A stretch of DNA of 64,000 bases from the human T2T-CHM13v2.0 reference genome, Homo sapiens, in NCBI RefSeq assembly GCF_009914755.1, contig NC_060925.1; one strand, written 5' to 3'. Below, piece by piece: positions 41,364 through 54,240 of the stretch (position 1 is the first letter of the stretch; each line of letters starts with the position of its first letter). A program made the position numbers and the translations under genes. The notes under the pieces were generated by a model, which ran no database searches, was not told where the DNA came from, and saw only the letters and a program-made list of their open reading frames with translations.

Positions 41364-44300
41364 ACAGAGTTGAACGATCCTTTACACAGAGCAGACTTGA
41401 AACACTCTTTTTGTGGAATTTGCAAGTGGAGATTTCAGCCGCTTTGAGGTCAATGGTAGAAAAGGAAATATCTTCGTATAAAGACTAGACAGAATGATTC
41501 TCAGAAACTCCTTTGTGATGTGTGCGTTCAACTCACAGAGTTTAACTTTTCTTTTCATAGAGCAGTTAGGAAACACTCTGTTTGTAAAGTCTGCAAGTGG
41601 ATATTCAGACCTCTTTGAGGCCTTCGTTGGATCGGGATTTCCTCATATTATGCTAGACAGAAGAATTCTCAGTAACTTCCTTGTGTTGTGTGTATTCAAC
41701 TCACAGAGTTGAACGATCCTTTACAGAGAGCAGACTTGAAAGACTCTTTTTGTGGAATTTGCAAGTGGAGATTTCAGCCGCTTTGAGGTCAATGTTAGAA
41801 TAGGAAATATCTTCCTATAGAAACTAGACAGAATGATTCTCAGAAACTCCTTTGTGATGTGTGCGTTCAACTCACAGAGTTTAACCTTTCTTTTCATAGA
41901 GCAGTTAGGAAACACTCTGTTTGTAAAGTCTGCAAGTGGATATTCAGACCTCTTTGAGGCCTTCGTTGGAAACGGGATTTCTTCATATTCTGCTAGACAG
42001 AAGAATTCTCAGTAACTTCCTTGTGTTGTGTGTATTCAACTCACAGAGTTGAGCGATCCTTTACACAGAGCAGACTTGAAACACTCTTTTTGTGGAATTT
42101 GCAAGTGGAGATTTCAGCCACTTTGAGGTCAAAAGTAGAAAAGGAAATATCTTCGTAGAAAAACTAGACAGAATGATTCTCAGATACTCCTTTGTGATGT
42201 GTGTGTTCAACTCACAGAGTTTAACCTTTCTTTTCATAGAGCAGTTAGTAAACACTCTGTTTATAAAGTCTGCAAGTGGATATTCAGACCCCTTTGAGGC
42301 CTTCGTTGGAAACGGGATTTCTTCATATTATGCTAGACAGAAGAATTCTCAGTAACTTCCTTGTGTTGTGTGTATTCAACTGACAGAGTTGAACTTTCAT
42401 TTAGAGAGAGCAGATTTGAAACACTGTTTTTGTGGAATTTGCAAGTGGAGATTTCAAGCCCTTTGGGGCCAAAGGCAGAAAAGCAAATATCTTCGTGTAA
42501 AAATTAGACAGAATCATTCTCAGAAACTGCTGCATGATGTGTGCGTTCAACTCTCAGAGTTTAACTTTTCTTTTCATTCAGCGGTTTGGAAACACTCTGT
42601 TTGTAAAGTCTGCACGTGGATATTTTGACCACTTAGAGGCCTTCGTTGGAAACGGGTTTTTTTCATGTAAGGCTAGACAGAAGAATTCCCAGTAACTTCC
42701 TTGTGTTGTGTGCATTCAACTCACAGAGTTGAACGTTCCCTTAGACAGAGCAGATTTGAAACACTCTATTTCTGCAATTTGCAAGTGTAGATTTCAAGCG
42801 CTTTAAGGTCAATGGCAGAAAAGGAAATATCTTCGTTTCAAAACTAGACAGAATCATTCCCAGAAACTGCGTTGTGATGAGTTCGTTCAACTCGCAGAGT
42901 TTAACCTTTCTGTTCATAGAGCAGTTAGGAAACACTCTGTTTGTAAAGTCTGTAAGTGGATATTCTGACATCTTGTGGCCTTCGTTGGAAACGGGATTTC
43001 TTCATATTCTGCTAGACAGAAGAATTCTCAGTAACTTCCTTGTGTTGTGTGTATTCAACTCACATAGTTGAACGATCCTTTACACAGAGCAGACTTGAAA
43101 CACTCTTTTTGTGGAATTTGCAAGTGGAGATTTCAGCCGCTTTGAAGTCAATGGTAGAAAAGGAAATATCTTCGTATAAAGACTAGACAGAATGATTCTC
43201 AGAAACTCCTTTGTGATGTGTGCGTTCAACTCACAGAGTTTAACTTTTCTTTTCATAGAGCAGTTAGGAAACACTCTGTTTGTAAAGTCTGCAAGTGGAT
43301 ATTCAGACCTCTTTGAGGCCTTCGTTGGAAACGGGATTTCCTCATATTATGCTAGACAGAAGAATTCTCAGTAACTTCCTTGTGTTGTGTGTATTCAACT
43401 CACAGAGTTGAACGATCCTTTACAGAGAGCAGACTTGAAAGACTCTTTTTGTGGAATTTGCAAGTGGAGATTTCAGCCGCTTTGAGGTCAATGGTAGAAT
43501 AGGAAATATCTTCCTATAGAAACTAGACAGAATGATTCTCAGAAACTCCTTTGTGATGTGTGCGTTCAAATCACAGAGTTTAACCTTTCTTTTCATAGAG
43601 CAGTTAGGAAACACTCTGTTTGTAAAGTCTGCAAGTGGATATTCAGACCTCTTTGAGGCCTTCGTTGGAAACGGGATTTCTTCATATTCTGCTAGACAGA
43701 AGAATTCTCAGTAACTTCCTTGTGTTGTGTGTATTCAACTCACAGAGTTGAGCGATCCTTTACACAGAGCAGACTTGAAACACTCTTTATGTGGAATTTG
43801 CAAGTGGAGATTTCAGCCACTTTGAGGTCAAAAGTAGAAAAGGAAATATCTTCGTAGCAAAACTAGACAGAATGATTCTCAGATACTCCTTTGTGATGTG
43901 TGTGTTCAACTCACAGAGTTTAACCTTTCTTTTCATAGAGCAGTTAGTAAACACTCTGTTTATAAAGTCTGCAAGTGGATATTCAGACCCCTTTGAGGCC
44001 TTCGTTGGAAACGGGATTTCTTCATATTATGCTAGACAGAAGAATTCTCAGTAACTTCCTTGTGTTGTGTGTATTCAACTGACAGAGTTGAACTTTCATT
44101 TAGAGAGAGCAGATTTGAAACACTGTTTTTGTGGAATTTGCAAGTGGAGATTTCAAGCCCTTTGGGGCCAAAGGCAGAAAAGGAAATATCTTCGTGTAAA
44201 TATTAGACAGAATCATTCTCAGAAACTGCTGCATGATGTGTGCGTTCAACTCTCAGAGTTTAACTTTTCTTTTCATTCAGCGGTTTGGAAACACTCTGTT

Positions 44301-46890
44301 TGTAAAGTCTGCACGTGGATATTTTGACCACTTAGAGGCCTTCGTTGGAAACGGGTTTTTTTCATGTAAGGCTAGACAGAAGAATTTCCAGTAACTTCCT
44401 TGTGTTGTGTGCATTCAACTCACAGAGTTGAACGTTCCCTTAGACAGAGCAGATTTGAAACACTCTATTTCTGCAATTTGCAAGTGTAGATTTCAAGCGC
44501 TTTAAGGTCAATGGCAGAAAAGGAAATATCTTCGTTTCAAAACTAGACAGAATCATTCCCACAAACTGCGTTGTGATGTGTTCGTTCAACTCACAGAGTT
44601 TAACCTTTCTGTTCATAGAGCAGTTAGGAAACACTCTGTTTGTAAAGTCTGTAAGTGGATATTCTGACATCTTGTGGCCTTCGTTGGAAACGGGATTTCT
44701 TCATATTCTGCTAGACAGAAGAATTCTCAGTAACTTCCTTGTGTTGTGTGTATTCAACACACAGAGTTGAACGATGCTTTACACAGAGCAGACTTGAAAC
44801 ACTCTTTTTGTGGAATTTGCAAGTGGAGATTTCAGCCGCTTTGAGGTCAATGGTAGAAAAGGAAATATCTTCGTATAAAGACTAGACAGAATGATTCTCA
44901 GAAAATCCTTTGTGATGTGTGCGTTCAACTCACAGAGTTTAACCTTTCTGTTCATAGAGCAGTTAGGAAACACTCTGTTTGTAAAGTCTGCAAGTGGATA
45001 TTCAGACCTCCTTGATTCCTTCGGTGGAAACGGGATTTCTTCATATTATGCTAGACAGAAGAATTCTCAGTAACTTCCTTGTGTTGTGTGTATTCAACTC
45101 ACAGAGTTGAACGATCCTTTACAGAGAGCAGACTTGAAACACTCTTTTTGTGGAATTTGCAAGTGGAGATTTCAGCCGCTTTGAGGTCAATGGTAGAAAA
45201 GGAAACTATCTTCGTATAAAGACTAGACAGAATGATTCTCAGAAAATCCTTTGTGATGTGTGCGTTCAACTCACAGAGTTTAACCTTTCTTTTCATAGAG
45301 CAGTTAGTAAACACTCTGTTTATAAAGTCTGCAAGTGGATATTCAGACCCCTTTGAGGCCTTCGTTGGAAACGGGATTTCTTCATATTATGCTAGACAGA
45401 AGAATTCTCAGTAACTTCCTTGTGTTGTGTGTATTCAACTGACAGAGTTGAACTTTCATTTAGAGAGAGCAGATTTGAAACACTGTTTTTGTGGAATTTG
45501 CAAGTGGAGATTTCAAGCGCTTTCGGGCCAAAGGCAGAAAACGAAATATCTTCGTATGAAAACTAGACAGAATCATTCTCAGAAACTGCTGCGTGATGTG
45601 TGCGTTCAACTCTCAGAGTTTAACTTTTCTTTTCATTCAGCGGTTTGGAAACACTCTGTTTGTAAAGTCTGCACGTGGATATTTTGACCACTTAGAGGCC
45701 TTCGTTGGAAACGGGTTTTTTTCATGTAAGGCTAGACAGAAGAATTCCCAGTAACTTCCTTGTGTTGTGTGCATTCAACTCACAGAGTTGAACGTTCCCT
45801 TAGACAGAGCAGATTTGAAACACTCTATTTCTGCAATTTGCAAGTGTAGATTTCAAGCGCATTAAGGTCAATGGCAGAAAAGGAAATATCTTCGTTTCAA
45901 AACTAGACAGAATCATTCCCAGAAACTGCGTTGTGATGAGTTCGTTCAACTCGCAGAGTTTAACCTTTCTGTTCATAGAGCAGTTAGGAAACACTCTGTT
46001 TCTAAAGTCTGTAAGTGGATATTTTGACATCTTGTGGCCTTCGTTGGAAACGGGATTTCTTCATATTCTGCTAGACAGAATAATTCTCAGTAACTTCCTT
46101 GTGTTGTGTGTATTCAACTCACAGAGTTGAACGATCCTTTACACAGAGCAGACTTGAAACACTCTTTTTGTGGAATTTGCAAGTGGAGATTTCAGCCGCT
46201 TTGAGGTCAATGGTAGAAAAGGAAATATCTTCGTATAAAGACTAGACAGAATGATTCTCAGAAACTCCTTTGTGATGTGTGCGTTCAACTCACAGAGTTT
46301 AACTTTTCTTTTCATAGAGCAGTTAGGAAACACTCTGTTTGTAAAGTCTGCAAGTGGATATTCAGACCTCTTTGAGGCCTTCTTTGGAAACGGGATTTCC
46401 TCATATTATGCTAGACAGAAGAATTCTCAGTAACTTCCTTGTGTTGTGTGTATTCAACTCACAGAGTTGAACGATCCTTTACAGAGAGCAGACTTGAAAC
46501 ACTCTTTTTGTGGAATTTTCAAGTGGAGATTTCAGCCGCTTTGAGGTCAATGGTAGAATAGGAAATATCTTCCTATAGAAACTAGACAGAATGATTCTCA
46601 GAAACTCCTTTGTGATGTGTGCGTTCAAATCACAGAGTTTAACCTTTCTTTTCATAGAGCAGTTAGGAAACACTCTGTTTGTAAAGTCTGCAAGTGGATA
46701 TTCAGACCCCTTTGAGGCCTTCGTTGGAAACGGTATTTCTTCATATTCTGCTAGACAGAAGAATTCTCAGTAAATTCCTTGTGTTGTGTGTATTCAACTC
46801 ACAGAGTTGAACGATCCTTTACACAGAGCAGACTTGAAACACTCTTTTTGTGGAATTTGCAAGTGGAGATTTCAGCCGCTTTGAGGTCAA
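40634..46890 (+). repeat. Second copy of segment ~27380-33640, offset 13254 bp (39 dimers)
   Basis: ORF variants repeat at +13254: 27560->40814, 28240->41494, 29114->42368 (QKSKYLRVKIR), 30813->44067, 32173->45427, 33337->46591. Confidence 0.88.
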
Positions 46891-49800
46891 TGGTAGAAAA
46901 GGAAATATCTTCGTATAAAGACTAGACAGAATGATTCTCAGAAACTCCTTTGTGATGTGTGCGTTCAACTCACAGAGTTTAACCTTTCTGTTCATAGAGC
47001 AGTTAGAAAACACTCTGTTTGGAAAGTCTGCAAGTGGATATTCAGACCTCCTTGAGGTCTTCGGTGGAAACGGGATTTCTTCATATTCTGCTAGACAGAA
47101 GAATTCTCAGTAACTTCCTTGTGTTGTGTGTATTCAACTCACAGAGTTGAACGATCCTTTACACAGAGCAGACTTGAAACACTCTTTTTGTGGAATTTGC
47201 AAGTGGAGAATTCAGCCGCTTTGTGGTCAATGGTAGAAAAGGAAATATCTTCGTATAAAGACTAGACAGAATGATTCTCAGAAACTCCTTTGTGATGTGT
47301 GCGTTCAACTCACAGAGTTTAACTTTTCTTTTCATAGAGCAGTTAGGAAAAACTCTGTTTGTAAAGTCTGCAAGTGGATATTCAGACCTCTTTGAGGTCT
47401 TCGTTGGAAACGGGATTTCTTCATATTATGCTAGACAGAAGAATTCTCAGTAACTTCCTTGTGTTGTGTGTATTCAATTCACAGAGTTGAACGATCCTTT
47501 ACAGAGAGCAGGCTTGAAACACTCTTTTTGTGGAATTTGCAAGTGGAGATTTCATCCGCTTTGAGGTCAATGGTAGAATAGGAAATATCTTCCTATAGAA
47601 ACTTGACAGAATGATTCTCAGAAACTCCTTTGTGATGTGTGCGTTCAACTCACAGAGTTTAACCTTTCTTTTCATAGAGCAGTTAGGAAACACTCTGTTT
47701 GTAAAGTCTGCAAGTGGATATTCAGACCCCTTTGAGGCCTTCGTTGGAAACGGGATTTCTTCATATTATGCTAGACAGAAGAATTCTCAGTAACTTCCTT
47801 GTGTTGTGTGTATTCAACTGACAGAGTTGAACTTTCATTTAGAGAGAGCAGATTTGAAACACTGTTTTTGTGGAATTTGCAAGAGGAGATTTCAAGCGCT
47901 TTCGGGCCAAAGGCAGAAAAGGAAATATCTTCGTATAAAAACTAGACAGAATCATTCTCAGAAACTGCTGCGTGATGTGTGCGTTCAACTCTCAGAGTTT
48001 AACTTTTCTTTTCATTCAGCGGTTTGGAAACACTCTGTTTGTAAAGTCTGCACGTGGATATTTTGACCACTTAGAGGCCTTCGTTGGAAACGGGTTTTTT
48101 TCATGTAAGGCTAGACAGAAGAATTCCCAGTAACTTCCTTGTGTAGTGTGCATTCAACTCACAGAGTTGAACGTTCCCTTAGACAGAGCAGATTTGAAAC
48201 ACTCTATTTCTGCAATTTGCAAGTGTAGATTTCAAGCGCTTTAAGGTCAATGGCAGAAAAGGAAATATCTTCGTTTCAAAACTAGACAGAATCATTCCCA
48301 GAAACTGCGTTGTGATGTGTTCGTTCAACTCACAGAGTTTAACCTTTCTGTTCATAGAGCCGTTAGGAAACACTCTCTTTGTGAAGTCTGCAAGTGGATA
48401 TTCAGACCTCCTTGAGGCCTTCGTTGGAAACGGGATTTCTTCATATTCTGCTAGACAGAAGAATTCTCAGTAACTTCCTTGTGTTGTGTTTATTCAACTC
48501 ACAGAGTTAATGATCCTTTACACAGAGCAGACTTGAAACACTCTTTTTGTGGCATTTGCAAGTGGAGATTTCAGCCGCTTTGAGGTCAATGGTAGAAAAG
48601 TAAATATCTTCGTATAAAGACTAGACAGAATGATTCTCAGAAACTCCTTTGTGATGTGTGCGTTCAACTCACAGAGTTTAACCTTTCTGTTCATAGAGCA
48701 GTTAGGAAACACTCTGTTTGTAAAGTCTGCAAGTGGATATTCAGACCTCCTTGAGGCCTTCTTTGGAAACGGGATTTCTTCATATTCTGCTAGACAGAAG
48801 AATTCTCAGTAACTTCCTTGTGTTGTGTGTATTCAACTCACAGAGTTGAACGATCCTTTACACTGAGCAAACTTGAAACACTCTTTTTGTGGAATTTGCA
48901 AGTGGAGATTTCAGCCGCTTTTAGGTCAATGGTAGAAAAGGAAATATCTTCGTATAAAGACCAGACAGAATGATTCTCAGAAACTCCTTTGTGATGTGTG
49001 CGTTCAAATCACAGAGTTTAACTTTTCTTTTCATAGAGCAGTTAGGAAACACTCTGTTTGTAAAGTCTGCAAGTGGATATTCAGACCTCTTTGAGGCCTT
49101 CGTTGGAAACGGGATTTCTTCATATTATGCTAGACAGAAGAATTCTCAGTAACTTCCTTGTGTTGTGTGTATTCAACTGACAGAGTTGAACTTTCATTTA
49201 GAGAGAGCAGATTTGAAACACTGTTTTTGTGGAATTTGCAAGTGGAGATTTCAAGCCCTTTGGGGCCAAAGGCAGAAAAGGAAATATCTTCGTGTAAATA
49301 TTAGACAGAATCATTCTCAGAAACTGCTGCATGATGTGTGCGTTCAACTCTCAGAGTTTAACTTTTCTTTTCATTCAGCGGTTTGGAAACACTCTGTTTG
49401 TAAAGTCTGCACGTGGATATTTTGACCACTTAGAGGCCTTCGTTGGAAACGGGTTTTTTTCATGTAAGGCTAGACAGAAGAATTTCCAGTAACTTCCTTG
49501 TGTTGTGTGCATTCAACTCACAGAGTTGAACGTTCCCTTAGACAGAGCAGATTTGAAACACTCTATTTCTGCAATTTGCAAGTGTAGATTTCAAGCGCTT
49601 TAAGGTCAATGGCAGAAAAGGAAATATCTTCGTTTCAAAACTAGACAGAATCATTCCCACAAACTGCGTTGTGATGTGTTCGTTCAACTCACAGAGTTTA
49701 ACCTTTCTGTTCATAGAGCAGTTAGGAAACACTCTGTTTGTAAAGTCTGTAAGTGGATATTCTGACATCTTGTGGCCTTCGTTGGAAACGGGATTTCTTC

Positions 49801-52800
49801 ATATTCTGCTAGACAGAAGAATTCTCAGTAACTTCCTTGTGTTGTGTGTATTCAACACACAGAGTTGAACGATGCTTTACACAGAGCAGACTTGAAACAC
49901 TCTTTTTGTGGAATTTGCAAGTGGAGATTTCAGCCGCTTTGAGGTCAATGGTAGAAAAGGAAATATCTTCGTATAAAGACTAGACAGAATGATTCTCAGA
50001 AAATCCTTTGTGATGTGTGCGTTCAACTCACAGAGTTTAACCTTTCTGTTCATAGAGCAGTTAGGAAACACTCTGTTTGTAAAGTCTGCAAGTGGATATT
50101 CAGACCTCCTTGATTCCTTCGGTGGAAACGGGATTTCTTCATATTATGCTAGACAGAAGAATTCTCAGTAACTTCCTTGTGTTGTGTGTATTCAACTCAC
50201 AGAGTTGAACGATCCTTTACAGAGAGCAGACTTGAAACACTCTTTTTGTGGAATTTGCAAGTGGAGATTTCAGCCGCTTTGAGGTCAATGGTAGAAAAGG
50301 AAACTATCTTCGTATAAAGACTAGACAGAATGATTCTCAGAAAATCCTTTGTGATGTGTGCGTTCAACTCACAGAGTTTAACCTTTCTTTTCATAGAGCA
50401 GTTAGTAAACACTCTGTTTATAAAGTCTGCAAGTGGATATTCAGACCCCTTTGAGGCCTTCGTTGGAAACGGGATTTCTTCATATTATGCTAGACAGAAG
50501 AATTCTCAGTAACTTCCTTGTGTTGTGTGTATTCAACTGACAGAGTTGAACTTTCATTTAGAGAGAGCAGATTTGAAACACTGTTTTTGTGGAATTTGCA
50601 AGTGGAGATTTCAAGCGCTTTCGGGCCAAAGGCAGAAAACGAAATATCTTCGTATGAAAACTAGACAGAATCATTCTCAGAAACTGCTGCGTGATGTGTG
50701 CGTTCAACTCTCAGAGTTTAACTTTTCTTTTCATTCAGCGGTTTGGAAACACTCTGTTTGTAAAGTCTGCACGTGGATATTTTGACCACTTAGAGGCCTT
50801 CGTTGGAAACGGGTTTTTTTCATGTAAGGCTAGACAGAAGAATTCCCAGTAACTTCCTTGTGTTGTGTGCATTCAACTCACAGAGTTGAACGTTCCCTTA
50901 GACAGAGCAGATTTGAAACACTCTATTTCTGCAATTTGCAAGTGTAGATTTCAAGCGCATTAAGGTCAATGGCAGAAAAGGAAATATCTTCGTTTCAAAA
51001 CTAGACAGAATCATTCCCAGAAACTGCGTTGTGATGAGTTCGTTCAACTCGCAGAGTTTAACCTTTCTGTTCATAGAGCAGTTAGGAAACACTCTGTTTC
51101 TAAAGTCTGTAAGTGGATATTTTGACATCTTGTGGCCTTCGTTGGAAACGGGATTTCTTCATATTCTGCTAGACAGAATAATTCTCAGTAACTTCCTTGT
51201 GTTGTGTGTATTCAACTCACAGAGTTGAACGATCCTTTACACAGAGCAGACTTGAAACACTCTTTTTGTGGAATTTGCAAGTGGAGATTTCAGCCGCTTT
51301 GAGGTCAATGGTAGAAAAGGAAATATCTTCGTATAAAGACTAGACAGAATGATTCTCAGAAACTCCTTTGTGATGTGTGCGTTCAACTCACAGAGTTTAA
51401 CTTTTCTTTTCATAGAGCAGTTAGGAAACACTCTGTTTGTAAAGTCTGCAAGTGGATATTCAGACCTCTTTGAGGCCTTCTTTGGAAACGGGATTTCCTC
51501 ATATTATGCTAGACAGAAGAATTCTCAGTAACTTCCTTGTGTTGTGTGTATTCAACTCACAGAGTTGAACGATCCTTTACAGAGAGCAGACTTGAAACAC
51601 TCTTTTTGTGGAATTTTCAAGTGGAGATTTCAGCCGCTTTGAGGTCAATGGTAGAATAGGAAATATCTTCCTATAGAAACTAGACAGAATGATTCTCAGA
51701 AACTCCTTTGTGATGTGTGCGTTCAAATCACAGAGTTTAACCTTTCTTTTCATAGAGCAGTTAGGAAACACTCTGTTTGTAAAGTCTGCAAGTGGATATT
51801 CAGACCCCTTTGAGGCCTTCGTTGGAAACGGTATTTCTTCATATTCTGCTAGACAGAAGAATTCTCAGTAAATTCCTTGTGTTGTGTGTATTCAACTCAC
51901 AGAGTTGAACGATCCTTTACACAGAGCAGACTTGAAACACTCTTTTTGTGGAATTTGCAAGTGGAGATTTCAGCCGCTTTGAGGTCAATGGTAGAAAAGG
52001 AAATATCTTCGTATAAAGACTAGACAGAATGATTCTCAGAAACTCCTTTGTGATGTGTGCGTTCAACTCACAGAGTTTAACCTTTCTGTTCATAGAGCAG
52101 TTAGAAAACACTCTGTTTGGAAAGTCTGCAAGTGGATATTCAGACCTCCTTGAGGTCTTCGGTGGAAACGGGATTTCTTCATATTCTGCTAGACAGAAGA
52201 ATTCTCAGTAACTTCCTTGTGTTGTGTGTATTCAACTCACAGAGTTGAACGATCCTTTACACAGAGCAGACTTGAAACACTCTTTTTGTGGAATTTGCAA
52301 GTGGAGAATTCAGCCGCTTTGTGGTCAATGGTAGAAAAGGAAATATCTTCGTATAAAGACTAGACAGAATGATTCTCAGAAACTCCTTTGTGATGTGTGC
52401 GTTCAACTCACAGAGTTTAACTTTTCTTTTCATAGAGCAGTTAGGAAAAACTCTGTTTGTAAAGTCTGCAAGTGGATATTCAGACCTCTTTGAGGTCTTC
52501 GTTGGAAACGGGATTTCTTCATATTATGCTAGACAGAAGAATTCTCAGTAACTTCCTTGTGTTGTGTGTATTCAATTCACAGAGTTGAACGATCCTTTAC
52601 AGAGAGCAGGCTTGAAACACTCTTTTTGTGGAATTTGCAAGTGGAGATTTCATCCGCTTTGAGGTCAATGGTAGAATAGGAAATATCTTCCTATAGAAAC
52701 TTGACAGAATGATTCTCAGAAACTCCTTTGTGATGTGTGCGTTCAACTCACAGAGTTTAACCTTTCTTTTCATAGAGCAGTTAGGAAACACTCTGTTTGT

Positions 52801-53410
52801 AAAGTCTGCAAGTGGATATTCAGACCCCTTTGAGGCCTTCGTTGGAAACGGGATTTCTTCATATTATGCTAGACAGAAGAATTCTCAGTAACTTCCTTGT
52901 GTTGTGTGTATTCAACTGACAGAGTTGAACTTTCATTTAGAGAGAGCAGATTTGAAACACTGTTTTTGTGGAATTTGCAAGAGGAGATTTCAAGCGCTTT
53001 CGGGCCAAAGGCAGAAAAGGAAATATCTTCGTATAAAAACTAGACAGAATCATTCTCAGAAACTGCTGCGTGATGTGTGCGTTCAACTCTCAGAGTTTAA
53101 CTTTTCTTTTCATTCAGCGGTTTGGAAACACTCTGTTTGTAAAGTCTGCACGTGGATATTTTGACCACTTAGAGGCCTTCGTTGGAAACGGGTTTTTTTC
53201 ATGTAAGGCTAGACAGAAGAATTCCCAGTAACTTCCTTGTGTAGTGTGCATTCAACTCACAGAGTTGAACGTTCCCTTAGACAGAGCAGATTTGAAACAC
53301 TCTATTTCTGCAATTTGCAAGTGTAGATTTCAAGCGCTTTAAGGTCAATGGCAGAAAAGGAAATATCTTCGTTTCAAAACTAGACAGAATCATTCCCAGA
53401 AACTGCGTTG
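44050..53410 (+). repeat. Recent duplication, period 5098 bp (15 dimers); ~44050-48310 copied at ~49150-53410
   Basis: ORF variants repeat at +5098: 44067->49165, 45427->50525, 45800->50898, 46931->52029, 47499->52597, 47806->52904. Shared 'gtggagaattc', 'gcaggcttg', 'gtgtagtgtgc'. Confidence 0.92.
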
Positions 53411-53559
53411 TGATGAGTTCGTTCAACTCGCAGAGTTTAACCTTTCTGTTCATAGAGCAGTTAGGAAACACTCTGTTTCTAAAGTCTGTAAGTGGATATT
53501 CTGACATCTTGTGGCCTTCGTTGGAAACGGGATTTCTTCATATTCTGCTAGACAGAAGA

Positions 53560-54240
53560 ATTCTCAGTAACTTCCTTGTGTTGTGTGTATTCAACTCACA
53601 GAGTTGAACCATCCTTTACAGAGAGCAGACTTGAAACACTCTTTTTGTGGAATTTGCAAGTGGAGATTTCAGCCGCTTTGTGGTCAATGGTAGAATAGGA
53701 AATATCTTCCTATAGAAACTAGACAGAATGATTCTCAGAAACTCCTTTGTGATGTGTGCGTTCAAATCACAGAGTTTAACCTTTCTTTTCATAGAGCAGT
53801 TAGGAAACACTCTGTTTGTAAAGTCTGCAACTGGATATTCAGACCTCTTTGAGGCCTTCGTTGGAAACGGGATTTCCTCATATTATGCTAGACAGAAGAA
53901 TTCTCAGTAACTTCCTTGTGTTGTGTGTATTCAACTCACAGAGTTGAACCATCCTTTACAGAGAGCAGACTTGAAACACTCTTTTTGTGGAATTTGCAAG
54001 TGGAGATTTCAGCCGCTTTGTGGTCAATGGTAGAATAGGAAATATCTTCCTATAGAAACTAGACAGAATGATTCTCAGAAACTCCTTTGTGATGTGTGCG
54101 TTCAAATCACAGAGTTTAACCTTTCTTTTCATAGAGCAGTTAGGAAACACTCTGTTTGTAAAGTCTGCAAGTGGATATTCAAACCCCTTTGAGGCCTTCG
54201 TTGGAAACGGTATTTCTTCATATTCTGCTAGACAGAAGAA
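53560..54240 (+). repeat. Single-dimer (340 bp) tandem duplication
   Basis: Both dimers share the rare variants 'gaaccatcc', 'ctttgtggtc' and 'ttcaaatcac'. Confidence 0.85.

Noticed and set aside
12074-52180. Variant boxes such as CTTCGTTTGAAACGGGA (12074), CTTCGTTCGAAACGGGA (20892), CTTCGGTGGAAACGGGA (~31765 and copies), and CGGGT in A dimers
   Set aside because: The changes fall outside the TTCG/A/CGGG core, so they were not counted as broken boxes.
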